Shown here piece by piece: positions 1-11,047 of a stretch of 64,000 bases of DNA. The notes beneath the pieces were generated by a model. It was not told the origin of the DNA, did no database searches, and worked only from the letters and a program-made list of their open reading frames with translations. The number at the start of each line of letters is the position of its first letter. The first letter of the stretch is position 1. The stretch lies in contig OZ024740.1 of the NCBI GenBank assembly GCA_964016885.1, positions 378,696,001 to 378,760,000 on the forward strand, read 5' to 3'. A program made the translations under genes and the position numbers. The stretch is from Eledone cirrhosa. Taxonomy: Eukaryota.

Positions 1-1140
1 TACAGCCATATGAGCCTCGTTTACACCCTTTCTGCTCAATGGGAAATAGGTCATTTCTTATCAGGTGGTCATATGTATATTCAGTTAGGACTGATGTTAA
101 AATTTTATACATTGTGGTCAAGCAAGTTATCGGTCTGTAATTTTTGGGATTGTTTGTCTCATCATTCTTCGGAAGCAGGAATGTAATGCCGTTAACTAGC
201 CATGATGGTATCTTTTCTGGCTCCTTAACTATTTCATTGTAAAGTTGGGCTAACAGTTCATGAGACTCTGTGAAGGCATTTATCCAAAAATTTTGTATTT
301 TGTCTTTTCCTGGGGATTTCCATTTGCTGGTTTTTCTTAGAGCCAAGCGTTATATTTTCCCATATTTGTTCCTCAAGGTGAGCTGTATCTTTCATTTGTC
401 TGTCTATCCATGGGGCATGTATGTTATGAACTTTTTCTTCGGCCCAGATCTTTTCCCAGAATTCTTGCACTTCCTCCTTGGGTGGTATTGATTTAGCAGT
501 TATTGTTGACTTAGAAGTTTCTTTGGTTGTTTTTGAATATATTATTGTCCTTATAGAATCTAGATCGTTTTTCAAAGCGCCTTATACGAGCAGCTTTGGC
601 CGACACTTTTTGCTTGATTATTTCTATCAGCATGTCTATGTCACTTGTTGATTTTATACTGTACTTTCTTTTCAATTTTCTAAGTTTAGTTTGTTTAACA
701 TGTTCTCCTACTTTATAGTTTGTTAACATTTCTATGTCAGATCGGAGAAGGTTTATGTGGCGATTGATGTTCTCTTGCCAAGTAGATTTCTTGTGGGAAT
801 TCCTTTGTTTTTTCATCTTCACTCCACATAAGTGAGTGGTGACTTTAGCCGATGCATAATAGAGATGATTTAAATCAGTAATGTTTAGTTTGTTTGTGAT
901 GATAATGTTTTTGAGAATTATGTTAGTCTTGTGTATTATCTTTTGGTTCTGTTTGGAGTTCTGGATCTTAGGGAGGGTGTCTCGTTTCCCCATGTCAGAT
1001 TCTTTCATTTTCATCCATTCGATCATAATTTCATCCTTCAAGTTGGCAAGTTCATTCTCATTCATTTCTTTATCATTTACGATCTCATTATTTTCATTTG
1101 GAGTTTCATCTTGAGCATGCACTCCCTCCACTTTTTCGAT
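1..1140 (-). mobile_element. Dong/R4-like RLE-clade non-LTR retrotransposon fragment (N-terminal region into start of RT), frameshifted, runs off window start
   Basis: Minus-strand ORFs 511-1131 and 258-575, then ...NYRPITCLTTMYKILTSVL...EQKGCKRGSYGC at 1-150, typical of R4/Dong RT start; begins immediately after (TAA)n. Confidence 0.75.
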
Positions 1141-1142
1141 CC

Positions 1143-1180
1143 TATTATTATTATTATTATTATTATTATTGTTGTTGTTA
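1143..1180. repeat. (TTA)n/(TTG)n microsatellite, 3' tail or target of adjacent RLE element
   Basis: Seen directly. Confidence 0.95.
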
Positions 1181-2020
1181 TTCCTTGAATCTCAGTCATT
1201 GATGTTGGTTAACTGGAAAGTCCGTTGGATTGAATATCAAGCCACTACCTGCAGCCTCAGATATTCAGGACGTATCGGAGGGTTCTTGCTGTTCCAAGCA
1301 AGCATGCCTTTTGAAGCGTTCCAAAAAGCGTGAAGGGGCCGATTTTCTTTAACCATCCCTGGAAACTTTTGGAGATAGTCCCCAGTGCGCCTATGACAAT
1401 CGGGATCACTTTGACTTCATGGCAGTTCCAAATCCTTTTCACCTCCCACTTTAGGTCCTGGTATCGGTTAATTTTCTCCCTCTCCTTCTCTTGCACTCTC
1501 GTGTCGAACGGGCAGGCCACATCCACAATCAGACACGATCTTTTTTCTTTGTCCACAACCACCAGGTCAGGTCTATTGTGTTCCAGTTTTTTGTCCGTCT
1601 GTATCCTAAAATCCCACAGCACCTTCACCTGATTGTTCTCCATCACCGCCTCTGGCCTATGCTCATACCATTTCTCAGAATGTGGTAAAATGCACAGGTG
1701 CCAGTGGATCACCCTGTCCATCACATCGTGTCTCCAGCCCTTATAGTGGGTCTGGGCTAGGTGTTTACACTCGGACACAATGTGAGCCACAGTCTCCTCT
1801 CTCTCTCCACAGATCCTGCACAGTGGGCTAGCCTCCTCCTTGTAAATATGGTGCTTCAACCACTTCGTTTTGAGGGCCTGCTCCTGCGCAGCCATTAGCA
1901 TTCCTTCTGTAGCCTTTTTGAGGTCTCCTCTTCTCAACCAGTTCCATGTCTGTGGATCTCTAAATTCAGTTTTCTCAAAGAAGGTACTATGAAGGGATTT
2001 TCCCTTAAGGCTGCTCTTCC

Positions 2021-2021
<1 letters not shown>
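1181..2021 (-). mobile_element. 5'-truncated Dong/R4-like element: CCHC finger, restriction-like endonuclease and short 3' UTR
   Basis: ORF 1257-1937: CRICGEREETVAHIVSEC, RHD, RPDLVVVD...IVDVACP, K..RY, LQKACLLGT motifs; (TAA)n on both sides. Confidence 0.88.

Positions 2022-2067
<46 letters not shown>
2022..2067. repeat. (TTA)n microsatellite, 5' flank of Tx1-like element
   Basis: Seen directly. Confidence 0.95.
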
Positions 2068-2282
2068 GAATGCCATGGTTGACGGAGGCTCGGCTCTGTA
2101 AGGTATAGTAATTTTTAACCGTTAAAACAATTGTAAATTGTTTAAAACTTGAACCAAATTGTTGATAAAGACACCCTCCTCCTCGTGAGAGGGGTCTTTC
2201 TGTCCGTTATTTGGCCCTTCGGGGTTAAATAACCAGTTATTGGGGTTTTGTACCCAAAATTTCATTTTAAACAAAAAACAAC

Positions 2283-4383
2283 ATGGCTACAAAAAAGAAA
2301 TTTCATATGTCACTCCCACTCATTCCGTCTTCTTCTTCCTCAATCATCACTACAGCAGAGAGAAGATTGTCTCTCTCCCTCCCTTCTTTAAATGTGTCTC
2401 TCTCCCTCCCTTCTCTTTCGCAAGCGACGAAAGAAAAGAAAAGTCTCGTGCAAAGCGTGCAAGGTTTCTCCACGACGACGACGACAGCGACGAAACAGGT
2501 GTGCGGGAAACACGAAAACCCAGTTCATTCGTCTGACGTCAGGAATAATAGCAGTAGCAGCCGTAATAACAACAGCAACAGTGACAATGAAAACAACAGT
2601 AGCAGCCGCAACAGCATCACCAGCAGCATAAACAACAACAGCATTAGCAGCAGCAACACCAACAACAACCACAGCAACAGCGGCGGAGGCAGTAGTCGTA
2701 GTACCTGCAGCAACAACAAAAGTACCAGCAGCTCTGACGACAACAACAACAGCAGAGAAAAACCAATCTCATTTGCAGGTATTGCGAAAAAAAAATTTGG
2801 AAACAATCCTCATAACAAATGAGGAATTAGAGGAAGCGAAGAAGATGGTGACAAAGAACGGACACCGAGCAATCTGCAAGGCAGCGAAAAGTTTTTTCGA
2901 AACCCAAGAGCACTGTACGGTCACGTACCGTACAGTAAGTACAAAATCCCGTAGGGTGGAAAGAGCCACAGAGGCCCAAATACAAAAAGCCTTGGGGTCT
3001 GTGTGGCAGAGGAAAACGCACATCACCCGAGGCAAAAAATACGCCACCGTAGACGTACTTTTTGCCACACCCCAGGAGGCAAAGGCCCAATCAGTAATGA
3101 CCCTAAGGAGCGAGGAAATGGTGTTGGTGCCCTCCTACTGCGGGCAAAAAATTGTGAGGGTCAAACTGACCCACGTCCCCCCCGGAATGACCCCTTCTTG
3201 GCTGGCCGCGTCTGTCCTCGTCGGAATCGAGGACAAAACAACTGTACTGCAAGTACAGAAAAAAGTAAGAGAAGATTGGGTCGGCTCCTCCATTGAGATG
3301 CTAATCCAAACCAACCAGGAGTGCATCGAAGCTATCCCGGATGTGATAGACTTCGATAACGGCACTCAACTGCCCATAAGTGTTGAGGGCAAACGCCCGA
3401 AATGCTTTCGCTGTGGATCGAAGACTCACCTCAGGGCCTTCTGCAACGAGAAGACCCTGAGAAAGGAGAAAACCCCCCTCCTTCCGAATCCGGCTCCACG
3501 GCTACCAGCAACAGGACAAGCGGCAACCAGGAACGATAGGTCCGTGGCACCCATACCCACTCCACGGAAATCAAAGACAGCAGCAGCAGTGGAAATATTA
3601 ACAACAACAACAGCAATACCAAATGCAGCTGCAACAGAGACTCCAGTGCAAACATCACCAACAACAACAAGTGAAAGAGTGGAGCTGGTACCCCTCCCCG
3701 ACCTTACAGAATCAGACATGGAGTGTGAGGTGGGAGAGGGATGGCAAAAGGTCGCAAGAAGGCACAAACGCAGAAGCAGCGCATCGTCGCCTTTGAAAAG
3801 GGAGGAAAGAAATGAGAAAAGGGTAAAGTCTACTGCAAAGAGACCCACAGCAGCAACACCACCAACACCATCACCACCCACACCAGCACCACCATCACCA
3901 CCGGCGACAACCCCACCGCCAACAACACCTTCAACACCACCACCACAAGCACCAACATCGCAAACACAACAACAAAACACACACACCCAGCAACAACGAC
4001 AAGAAAATAGCAGAACCACACCCCACCCCCAGAAAAACAAATGCACGGCAATAAACACACACAACAAGAAACTAATGACTTACATAATTGAACACACAGA
4101 CATTTCACAACAGGACTACATAATACCAGCACCAATCAAAACGCCAACTAACATAAGACTGCTAAAAATAGCACAGAAACAATACACAAACATTAAAACG
4201 AAATTCCCCAACGCAGTTGGTGATTTCAGGGACCTAGGAGGAACCATCAATCGAAGAGTATATTCAGACATTCTCTTAGAAGAGCCGACGACCAGCCGAA
4301 GGGACGATTCAACGGTCCCTTCACCAGACGATCAAGTGAAAAGGGATGTAAAAACCATCCCTCCTCTACCAAAAGTACGGTAA
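2283..4383 (+). CDS. ORF1 (gag-like, zinc knuckle) of Tx1-like element, split by a +1 frameshift in the A-run at ~2787-2795
   Basis: ORFs 2283-2822 and 2773-4383 fuse in frame if one A is removed (SFAGIAKK-NLETILIT); CFRCGSKTHLRAFC knuckle; S/N-rich and P/T-rich low-complexity tracts. Confidence 0.8.
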
Positions 4384-4418
4384 GTGGTCTTTCCCATCTT
4401 TTCCACTCTATTTTAAAC

Positions 4419-7400
4419 ATGACCTCACTCAGAATAGGCAGCATAAATGCGCGTGGCTTGGGGTCGTCATGGAAGCAGGGTCACCTGCTCAACGACCTCA
4501 GGTCACTAAACATAGATGTAGTGGCCATCAGCGAGACCAGAATCTCCGAAGCACGGGCCTTCGCACCGATCTTCGGCGGCTACGATGTGTACGCATCTCC
4601 CAGCCGTCCTGGATCGGGTGGAGGAGTTGCTGTGCTTTTTCGGAGAGGTTTGGATCTCGCCATACGGGCCATCTTCCTGGACCCAGAGGGTAAGCTGGTG
4701 GTGCTGGACGTGACCAGCGGAGACGGGCAAGCTTTCAGGCTAGTGGCCGTCTATGCCCCGACAGGAGCAGGGCGGCCTGATTTCTTCCGGCGTCTGGAGA
4801 CCTTTCTTGGAACGTCCCGCTCTTTAGTGTTAGTGGGCGACTGGAACGGGATCTTAGATGCACGCTGGGACTGTGTGGGATTAGCGGATAGGGGTGGAGG
4901 GTGCAAGAGCCTCACCAACCTGCTCAGGCGTTTTGAACTGTCTGACAGGTACCGATTGGATTTCCCGAATGTGCCAATGTGGACTTGGACAAACCGCATA
5001 GGGTCATCCAGATCATATCTAGATAGAGTATTTTGTAGGGAAATAGATAGGTCTAGCATAGGCTGTCCACAATTCAAGATAGTCAGCTACACGGACCACA
5101 AATTTGTGATCTGTGTGCTTGACTTAGATAGGCTTCATAGACGAGGACCCGGCTACTGGAAGCTAAACGCGTCCTTACCAGCGCGCAAGGCCTACAGAGA
5201 CCGGATTAGCGAACTAGTTAAGCGGGCGTTGACGGGGGCCATCGTCAACAACAAGTGGTGGTTTGCTCTGAAAAGAGCGATTAGAATAGAATCGATTAGG
5301 TTTAGTAAGGCTTTAGCAATAGAGAAAAATAGAGCAGAGGGAGAACTAGTTAGAAAATTAGACGAGGCGCTTAGCAAAGGCATTGCGACCGACGTGCTTG
5401 CGGCGAAATTGGCCCTTGACCAATTCTTCAATGCAAAGCACGAAGGCTGCGTTGTCAGAGCTAGGGTGCGTGCTCTCAGACACGAGGGGACGAAAGCCGT
5501 TCAATGGGCCCGAGTGGCGGAGGCGCGTCGTGGCAACAAAGCCACGATCCGGTCTTTGGTGGACCACGACGGGCGCATGCTACTCGATCCCGGGCAAATG
5601 TGTGAAGCTTTTCAGCAACACTTCGCTCAGCTGTTCGGGGGCAGCGGGGGGCCGGGTAGAGGGATGGACTTTAGTGTCTACCTCGACGGACTGCCGCGGC
5701 TCTCGGCCACTGAGGCGAAGTGTTGCGAAAAGCCGATAACAGCCGCTGAAGTAAGGGAGGCGATGACTGGCTGCACAAGGGGCAAATCGCCTGGTTTGGA
5801 TGGTCTGCCCTATGAACTTTACGTACAGATGCCAGACTTGTTCGGAGGCCTCTTGGCGGACGTCTACTGCAACTGGCAACAGAACGGGAGAATTCCCAGT
5901 TCTGTGAGCCGAGGAGCGGTGGCACTGCTGAGAAAGGATCCGAACAAGGGGGATAACATAGACAATTTCCGGCCCATAACTCTGCTAAACACAGAGTTTA
6001 AGATTTTGGCCAAGGTGCTAGCAAAGAGGTTGGCGCTTGTCGTTGGTGGTCTGGTGGGAGAGGCGCAGACATGCGCCATTCCCGACAGATCCATCCACGA
6101 CAACCTCCACCTCATGCGATACATCGTAGAGAGGGTAGCTAGGGAACCTGGCACGGGTGGGTCCTTGATCAATTTAGATCAGTCGAAAGCTTTCGATAGG
6201 GTCGACCATCGTTACCTAGCGGCAGTCCTGAGGGCGGCTGGCTTTGGGCCCGTCTTCAGAGGCTGGATCGCTGCCATGCACAGCGACATCTGCTCTGTGG
6301 TGAGAGTGAACGGTCACCTGTCGGAACCGTTCAACATCATGCGCTCGGTCCGCCAAGGATGTCCCCTCTCGTCCCTCTTGTACGTATTGACTCTCGAGCC
6401 ATTACTGCACAAACTGGAGACGTTGAGGGGAGTCCCGCGCGAACTAGGATGCGGAAGATCCGTGTCAGCATATGCGGACGATGTCACCGTAGTGGTGTCG
6501 AACGCCAAACACATCGAGGCGATCGGCACTACACTAAGAGAATACGAAGCGGTGACAGGAGCAATGATCAACCAGGAAAAGTCAGTGGGCCTGCAGCTCG
6601 GCACCTGGAGAGGCAGGTCCATGCCGTCCAACAGCGTCGTCGGGCGCTGGACGGACGGACCGGTTAAATTGCTAGGGGTCTGGTTCGGTCCGGACCTCCA
6701 GACGGACAAAAACTGGGACGAGGTGACGAGCAGGGTGGCTTCTCTCACCCAGAAATGGGCGGAGAGGAAGCTATCCCTGAAAGGTCGAGCGGAGGTGGCT
6801 AACGCGTACATCGCGTCTGTCATCTGCTACCGCCTAACCGTCGTACCTTGTCCTAAGCCTCGCCTGACTGCGCTGGAGCGTTTGCTCTTTCGCTTTTTGT
6901 GGAAGGGACGTGCTCCGATGGTCAGGCGGTCCATCTGTTGTCAACACCCGCTACGTGGAGGGCTGGGCATGCCGTGGCTGATGATGCGCAGGCACGCGCT
7001 CAGGCTACGACATCTCCACCTCTTCCTCGACGGTGATCAGGTGTGGTCGCCGTTTGCTAGACGCGTTTTTCCCCAGCTCGTTTCCTTGACGGAGCTGCAG
7101 TCCTGGGTCAAGCGAAGACCGAGAGGGAGCGCCTGGAGACTGGAATGTCTTCAGGCGCTCACAGCCCTCGACCAATCGGGCAATGTGATCGGTGGAAACT
7201 CCACCTCGGCGTTCTATAGAGGATTAGTGGAGGGGAAGAGCGACGACGTACTTGGGGAAACTCTAGGCGTCGACGAAAATCAACTAGCCAATCTCTTCGG
7301 AAGAACTTTCGGGCCAGGGCCTATGGACAACTTCCAGAAATCTCTGGCCTGGCAGTGCTACCGAGGAGCCTTGCCAGTTCGGGATAAACTCTACAGGCAT

Positions 7401-7838
7401 GGAGGTGCCGTCAGCCGAGCATGTCCGAGATGCGCGCAGGGCGACGAAACCGTCCTGCACGCACTCGTCCAGTGTCCGAAAATTGCTGACTTGTGGGTTT
7501 ATGTCGAACACCTGCTGTCGCGTTTAGGACGGATCCAGCTATCATCTGAGTCTATCGTGAGGATTGCCCCGCCCTCCTCCTTTAGCCGGGAAGGGCAGGC
7601 AGTTTTTATCTGTCTGGTGGCCATGGCGAAAGAGATAGTATGGTGGACACGTTTGAAAGGGCTGAAGACGAGCACTTACCTCTTCGGTGATGCTCTGATT
7701 GACTTTTTCAAATTTCATTTGAAAAGGAAAATCAGAGTAGAGAAGGAAGTGCTCTCTTCCCAGCATTTTGTTGAAAGATGGGTGAGAGAAGCAAGAATGG
7801 CCCGAGTGAATGGGCCGACTCTGAGTATATATCTGTAA
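4419..7838 (+). CDS. ORF2 polyprotein: AP-like endonuclease, reverse transcriptase and C-terminal zinc finger (1139 aa, uninterrupted)
   Basis: SINARGL, ISETR, VYAP, GDWN, YLDRVF, TDH (EN); KSPGLDG, FRPITLLN, DQSKAFD, QGCPLS, YADD (RT); CPRC..ETVLHALVQC. Confidence 0.95.
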   Translation: MTSLRIGSINARGLGSSWKQGHLLNDLRSLNIDVVAISETRISEARAFAPIFGGYDVYASPSRPGSGGGVAVLFRRGLDLAIRAIFLDPEGKLVVLDVTSGDGQAFRLVAVYAPTGAGRPDFFRRLETFLGTSRSLVLVGDWNGILDARWDCVGLADRGGGCKSLTNLLRRFELSDRYRLDFPNVPMWTWTNRIGSSRSYLDRVFCREIDRSSIGCPQFKIVSYTDHKFVICVLDLDRLHRRGPGYWKLNASLPARKAYRDRISELVKRALTGAIVNNKWWFALKRAIRIESIRFSKALAIEKNRAEGELVRKLDEALSKGIATDVLAAKLALDQFFNAKHEGCVVRARVRALRHEGTKAVQWARVAEARRGNKATIRSLVDHDGRMLLDPGQMCEAFQQHFAQLFGGSGGPGRGMDFSVYLDGLPRLSATEAKCCEKPITAAEVREAMTGCTRGKSPGLDGLPYELYVQMPDLFGGLLADVYCNWQQNGRIPSSVSRGAVALLRKDPNKGDNIDNFRPITLLNTEFKILAKVLAKRLALVVGGLVGEAQTCAIPDRSIHDNLHLMRYIVERVAREPGTGGSLINLDQSKAFDRVDHRYLAAVLRAAGFGPVFRGWIAAMHSDICSVVRVNGHLSEPFNIMRSVRQGCPLSSLLYVLTLEPLLHKLETLRGVPRELGCGRSVSAYADDVTVVVSNAKHIEAIGTTLREYEAVTGAMINQEKSVGLQLGTWRGRSMPSNSVVGRWTDGPVKLLGVWFGPDLQTDKNWDEVTSRVASLTQKWAERKLSLKGRAEVANAYIASVICYRLTVVPCPKPRLTALERLLFRFLWKGRAPMVRRSICCQHPLRGGLGMPWLMMRRHALRLRHLHLFLDGDQVWSPFARRVFPQLVSLTELQSWVKRRPRGSAWRLECLQALTALDQSGNVIGGNSTSAFYRGLVEGKSDDVLGETLGVDENQLANLFGRTFGPGPMDNFQKSLAWQCYRGALPVRDKLYRHGGAVSRACPRCAQGDETVLHALVQCPKIADLWVYVEHLLSRLGRIQLSSESIVRIAPPSSFSREGQAVFICLVAMAKEIVWWTRLKGLKTSTYLFGDALIDFFKFHLKRKIRVEKEVLSSQHFVERWVREARMARVNGPTLSIYL

Positions 7839-8099
7839 ACTAAAGGTGGAAAACTGGGAGAGGGCACTTGCCTTGGTGGTCAGGGTCATTGTGGCTTTTT
7901 ACTGGGCTTTCTCCACAAATGTCCCTCCGAAGTTTCCCCCCTATTGGGGAATTTTTTCATTGTTATTTTCATTGTTATTTTTGTTACATCCTCTGTTTTT
8001 GTTTTTTTACACGCAGAAATGCCCATTTGTACCGTCCTGCATTGTCCTGCACTGTCCTTAATGTCTACTTTATGTAAACCCTTGTGGTTAATAAAGAAA

Positions 8100-8100
<1 letters not shown>

Positions 8101-8176
<76 letters not shown>
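8101..8176. repeat. (TTA)n microsatellite, 3' flank or tail of Tx1-like element
   Basis: Seen directly. Confidence 0.95.
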
Positions 8177-8177
<1 letters not shown>

Positions 8178-8320
8178 TCGCCGAAGTTAGCTTTGCTTTT
8201 TATCTTTACGGGGTCGAAAAATTAAAGCACTAGTAACGTACTGGGGTCGATTTAATAGACTTTCCTCCCCCGCCAAAATTGCTGGCCTTGTGCCTAAATC
8301 AGAAACCATTATTATTATTA
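8177..8320 (+). mobile_element. tRNA-derived SINE, 5'-truncated (family A)
   Basis: Shares the ...ttacggggtcg..aaa... core and ctggccttgtgcc..aa.tagaaac(att)n end with many copies in the window. Confidence 0.8.
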
Positions 8321-8449
8321 GAATATATATATATTAATAAGAGGAATTCCAACTTTGTCTGATTTACTCGTTTTATTTACAATCCTTTAAAATTTATAAT
8401 GGTATTATAATGAAATAGTATGATAGAATATTAAATGTTAAGTGTTAAT

Positions 8450-8488
8450 TGAACAAGTACTTTCATGCTTTCGCAATCTTCAGGTTCA
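8450..8488 (-). ncRNA. Minimal type I hammerhead ribozyme (inverted pseudo-LTR copy)
   Basis: Reverse complement of 9656-9694. Confidence 0.75.
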
Positions 8489-8823
8489 TAATGTGTGGTG
8501 ACAGTCAAGTTTGCAATTTTCAACTGTAATGAGATGGGTAAATTTTGTACCTTATATACAGTGAAAAGTGGCTCCAGAATGCTAAATCTTGCAAACTGTA
8601 TTTCGACCAATCGGTGTGTAGTTTCACTGAATTACTAAAGCTGATTGGTTTAGGCGTCACGGTTGGTTGAGCATGTCTAACGACCACTAATTGATCCTAT
8701 CCAAAGCATCAATTGTTTTGCTATTTTTAGAAATGATGAAAATAGCATTTTCTAGTAATCATCACCATCAACATCACTTTTATTATTATTATTATTGTTG
8801 TTGTTGTTGTTAGTGATCGTAGT

Positions 8824-9270
8824 CGACATTTACTAACAAAAGCAAAGTTTGACCTTAACAACAAAGACCAATCATTCACTGTATCTAAATGCAATGATAG
8901 TCGATGCGGCACATGTCAATCCATACACGCCGGTCAATATATGAAAATAAAAACTGGAAAAATATTCCCAAATGCAAATATGAACTGCAAAAGCAGAAAT
9001 CTAATTTACTGCATTAAATGCTCGAATTGTGAAGAACTATATGTCGGTCAAACTGGAAATGCACTATCGGAACGTGCACGGGTACACCGTCAGCAAATCA
9101 GAGACCCAAATGTCCGTCAGATACCCCTAAGTAACCATCTAGCAACATGTGGTCAGGGAATATTTATAATATTCTCATTCTACAAATTACACAGCCCAAG
9201 TGAAATCAAGAGAATAATCAAAGAAAAGAATTTTATTGATAAATTCAAACCCAAGCTAAATGAACAATAA
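8824..9270 (+). CDS. C-terminal Cys-rich linker and GIY-YIG endonuclease of Penelope-like element (fragment)
   Basis: RHLLTKAKF...CNDSRCGTC...NCKSRNLIYCIKCSNCEELYVGQT...R...H...KEKNFIDKFKPKLN; open frame extends upstream of listed ATG 8941. Confidence 0.88.
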   Translation, partial: RHLLTKAKFDLNNKDQSFTVSKCNDSRCGTCQSIHAGQYMKIKTGKIFPNANMNCKSRNLIYCIKCSNCEELYVGQTGNALSERARVHRQQIRDPNVRQIPLSNHLATCGQGIFIIFSFYKLHSPSEIKRIIKEKNFIDKFKPKLNEQ

Positions 9271-9655
9271 TAATGCTTAGGGGTATTAATTCTACTATGA
9301 CTATGACTACGACCATGTCGACTACGATCACTAACAACAACAACAACAATAATAATAATAATAAAAGTGATGTTGATGGTGATGATTACTAGAAAATGCT
9401 ATTTTCATCATTTCTAAAAATAGCAAAACAATTGATGCTTTGGATAGGATCAATTAGTGGTCGTTAGACATGCTCAACCAACCGTGACGCCTAAACCAAT
9501 CAGCTTTAGTAATTCAGTGAAACTACACACCGATTGGTCGAAATACAGTTTGCAAGATTTAGCATTCTGGAGCCACTTTTCACTGTATATAAGGTACAAG
9601 ATTTACCCATCTCATTACAGTTGAAAATTGCAAACTTGACTGTCATCACACATTA

Positions 9656-9694
9656 TGAACCTGAAGATTGCGAAAGCATGAAAGTACTTGTTCA
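9656..9694 (+). ncRNA. Minimal type I hammerhead ribozyme in Penelope pseudo-LTR
   Basis: tgaac-CTGAAGA-ttgc gaaa gcat-GAAA-gtac-TT-gttca: stem I tgaac/gttca, GNRA-capped stem II, palindromic AAGTACTT stem III. Confidence 0.78.
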
Positions 9695-9849
9695 ATGAAT
9701 ACTTAACATTTAATATTCTATCATACTATTTCATTATAATACCATTATAAATTTTAAAGGATTGTAAATAAAACGAGTAAATCAGACAAAGTTGGAATTC
9801 CTCTTATTAATATAATCTTCTATACACAATCATACACACCCGTGTATAT

Positions 9850-9858
9850 TTCTCTCTC

Positions 9859-9938
<80 letters not shown>
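9850..9938. repeat. (TC)n(TA)n compound microsatellite
   Basis: Seen directly. Confidence 0.95.
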
Positions 9939-9944
<6 letters not shown>

Positions 9945-10503
9945 TACATGACGTGTATTCTCATGTAAATGTCAAATCTTCAAGATTGTTTTTAGATAGA
10001 TTCATGGGGTCGACTATTACACCAAGGGCTGAAATTGACACTACAATCCAAAATATGGTTATTTGAGCGTTTTTGACTCGCTTTCACCCGCGGAAATGCC
10101 GAGGATGTGTTAGCTTGCCTAAAATATTAGAGGGTGGCTCCACCGTCACTTGTGGTGTGTGATTGTGTGTGCAGGTCTCCCCCCCCCACACCTTTTCTTT
10201 ATTATCTATCCACATTTTTCTTCCTTATTTTCTTTTTCTTTTAGTACTGTATATATCTGTTTAGTCATAATCATTATATGAATTGTATTCACTCATTTAT
10301 CGATATATAAATAAATCCATTCACCATAGCTATACTTAAAAAATAAAATAAAAATAAAACCGCGTACGTAGTAAAATTATATTCGTCCTTGTAACATTGA
10401 TGTTCAATATAATACTTTGATTCATAAATATTGATCTGTTGTCTGTAAAGAACCAGGGTTGATTTTACACGCGTATATACAGTACACAGCCGCACACCCG
10501 CAT

Positions 10504-10832
<329 letters not shown>

Positions 10833-10883
<51 letters not shown>

Positions 10884-11047
10884 TATATGTGGATGTATAT
10901 ATATATTTATATATGTATGTGTATATATATATGTATATATGAATGTATATATATATGTATGTATGTATATATATATGTATGTATATATATATATGTATAT
11001 ATATATGTATGTATATATATATGTATGTATATGTATGTATGTATATA
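10833..11047. repeat. (TA)n/(TATG)n microsatellite
   Basis: Seen directly. Confidence 0.95.

Larger units (their letters stand above)
2068..8100 (+). mobile_element. Full-length Tx1/L1-clade non-LTR retrotransposon inserted in (TTA)n
   Basis: 5' UTR, CCHC-containing ORF1, intact APE-RT ORF2, 3' UTR with AATAAA at ~8090; (TTA)n on both sides. Confidence 0.92.
8330..9814 (+). mobile_element. Penelope-like element (5'-truncated) with inverted pseudo-LTRs at 8330-8829 and 9315-9814
   Basis: ~500-bp arms are reverse complements with only a few mismatches; spacer encodes a GIY-YIG endonuclease; hammerhead motif in each arm. Confidence 0.9.

Noticed and set aside
4469-7889. Short overlapping or antisense ORFs within Tx1 ORF2
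   Set aside because: Shadow ORFs of a GC-rich coding region with no recognisable motifs
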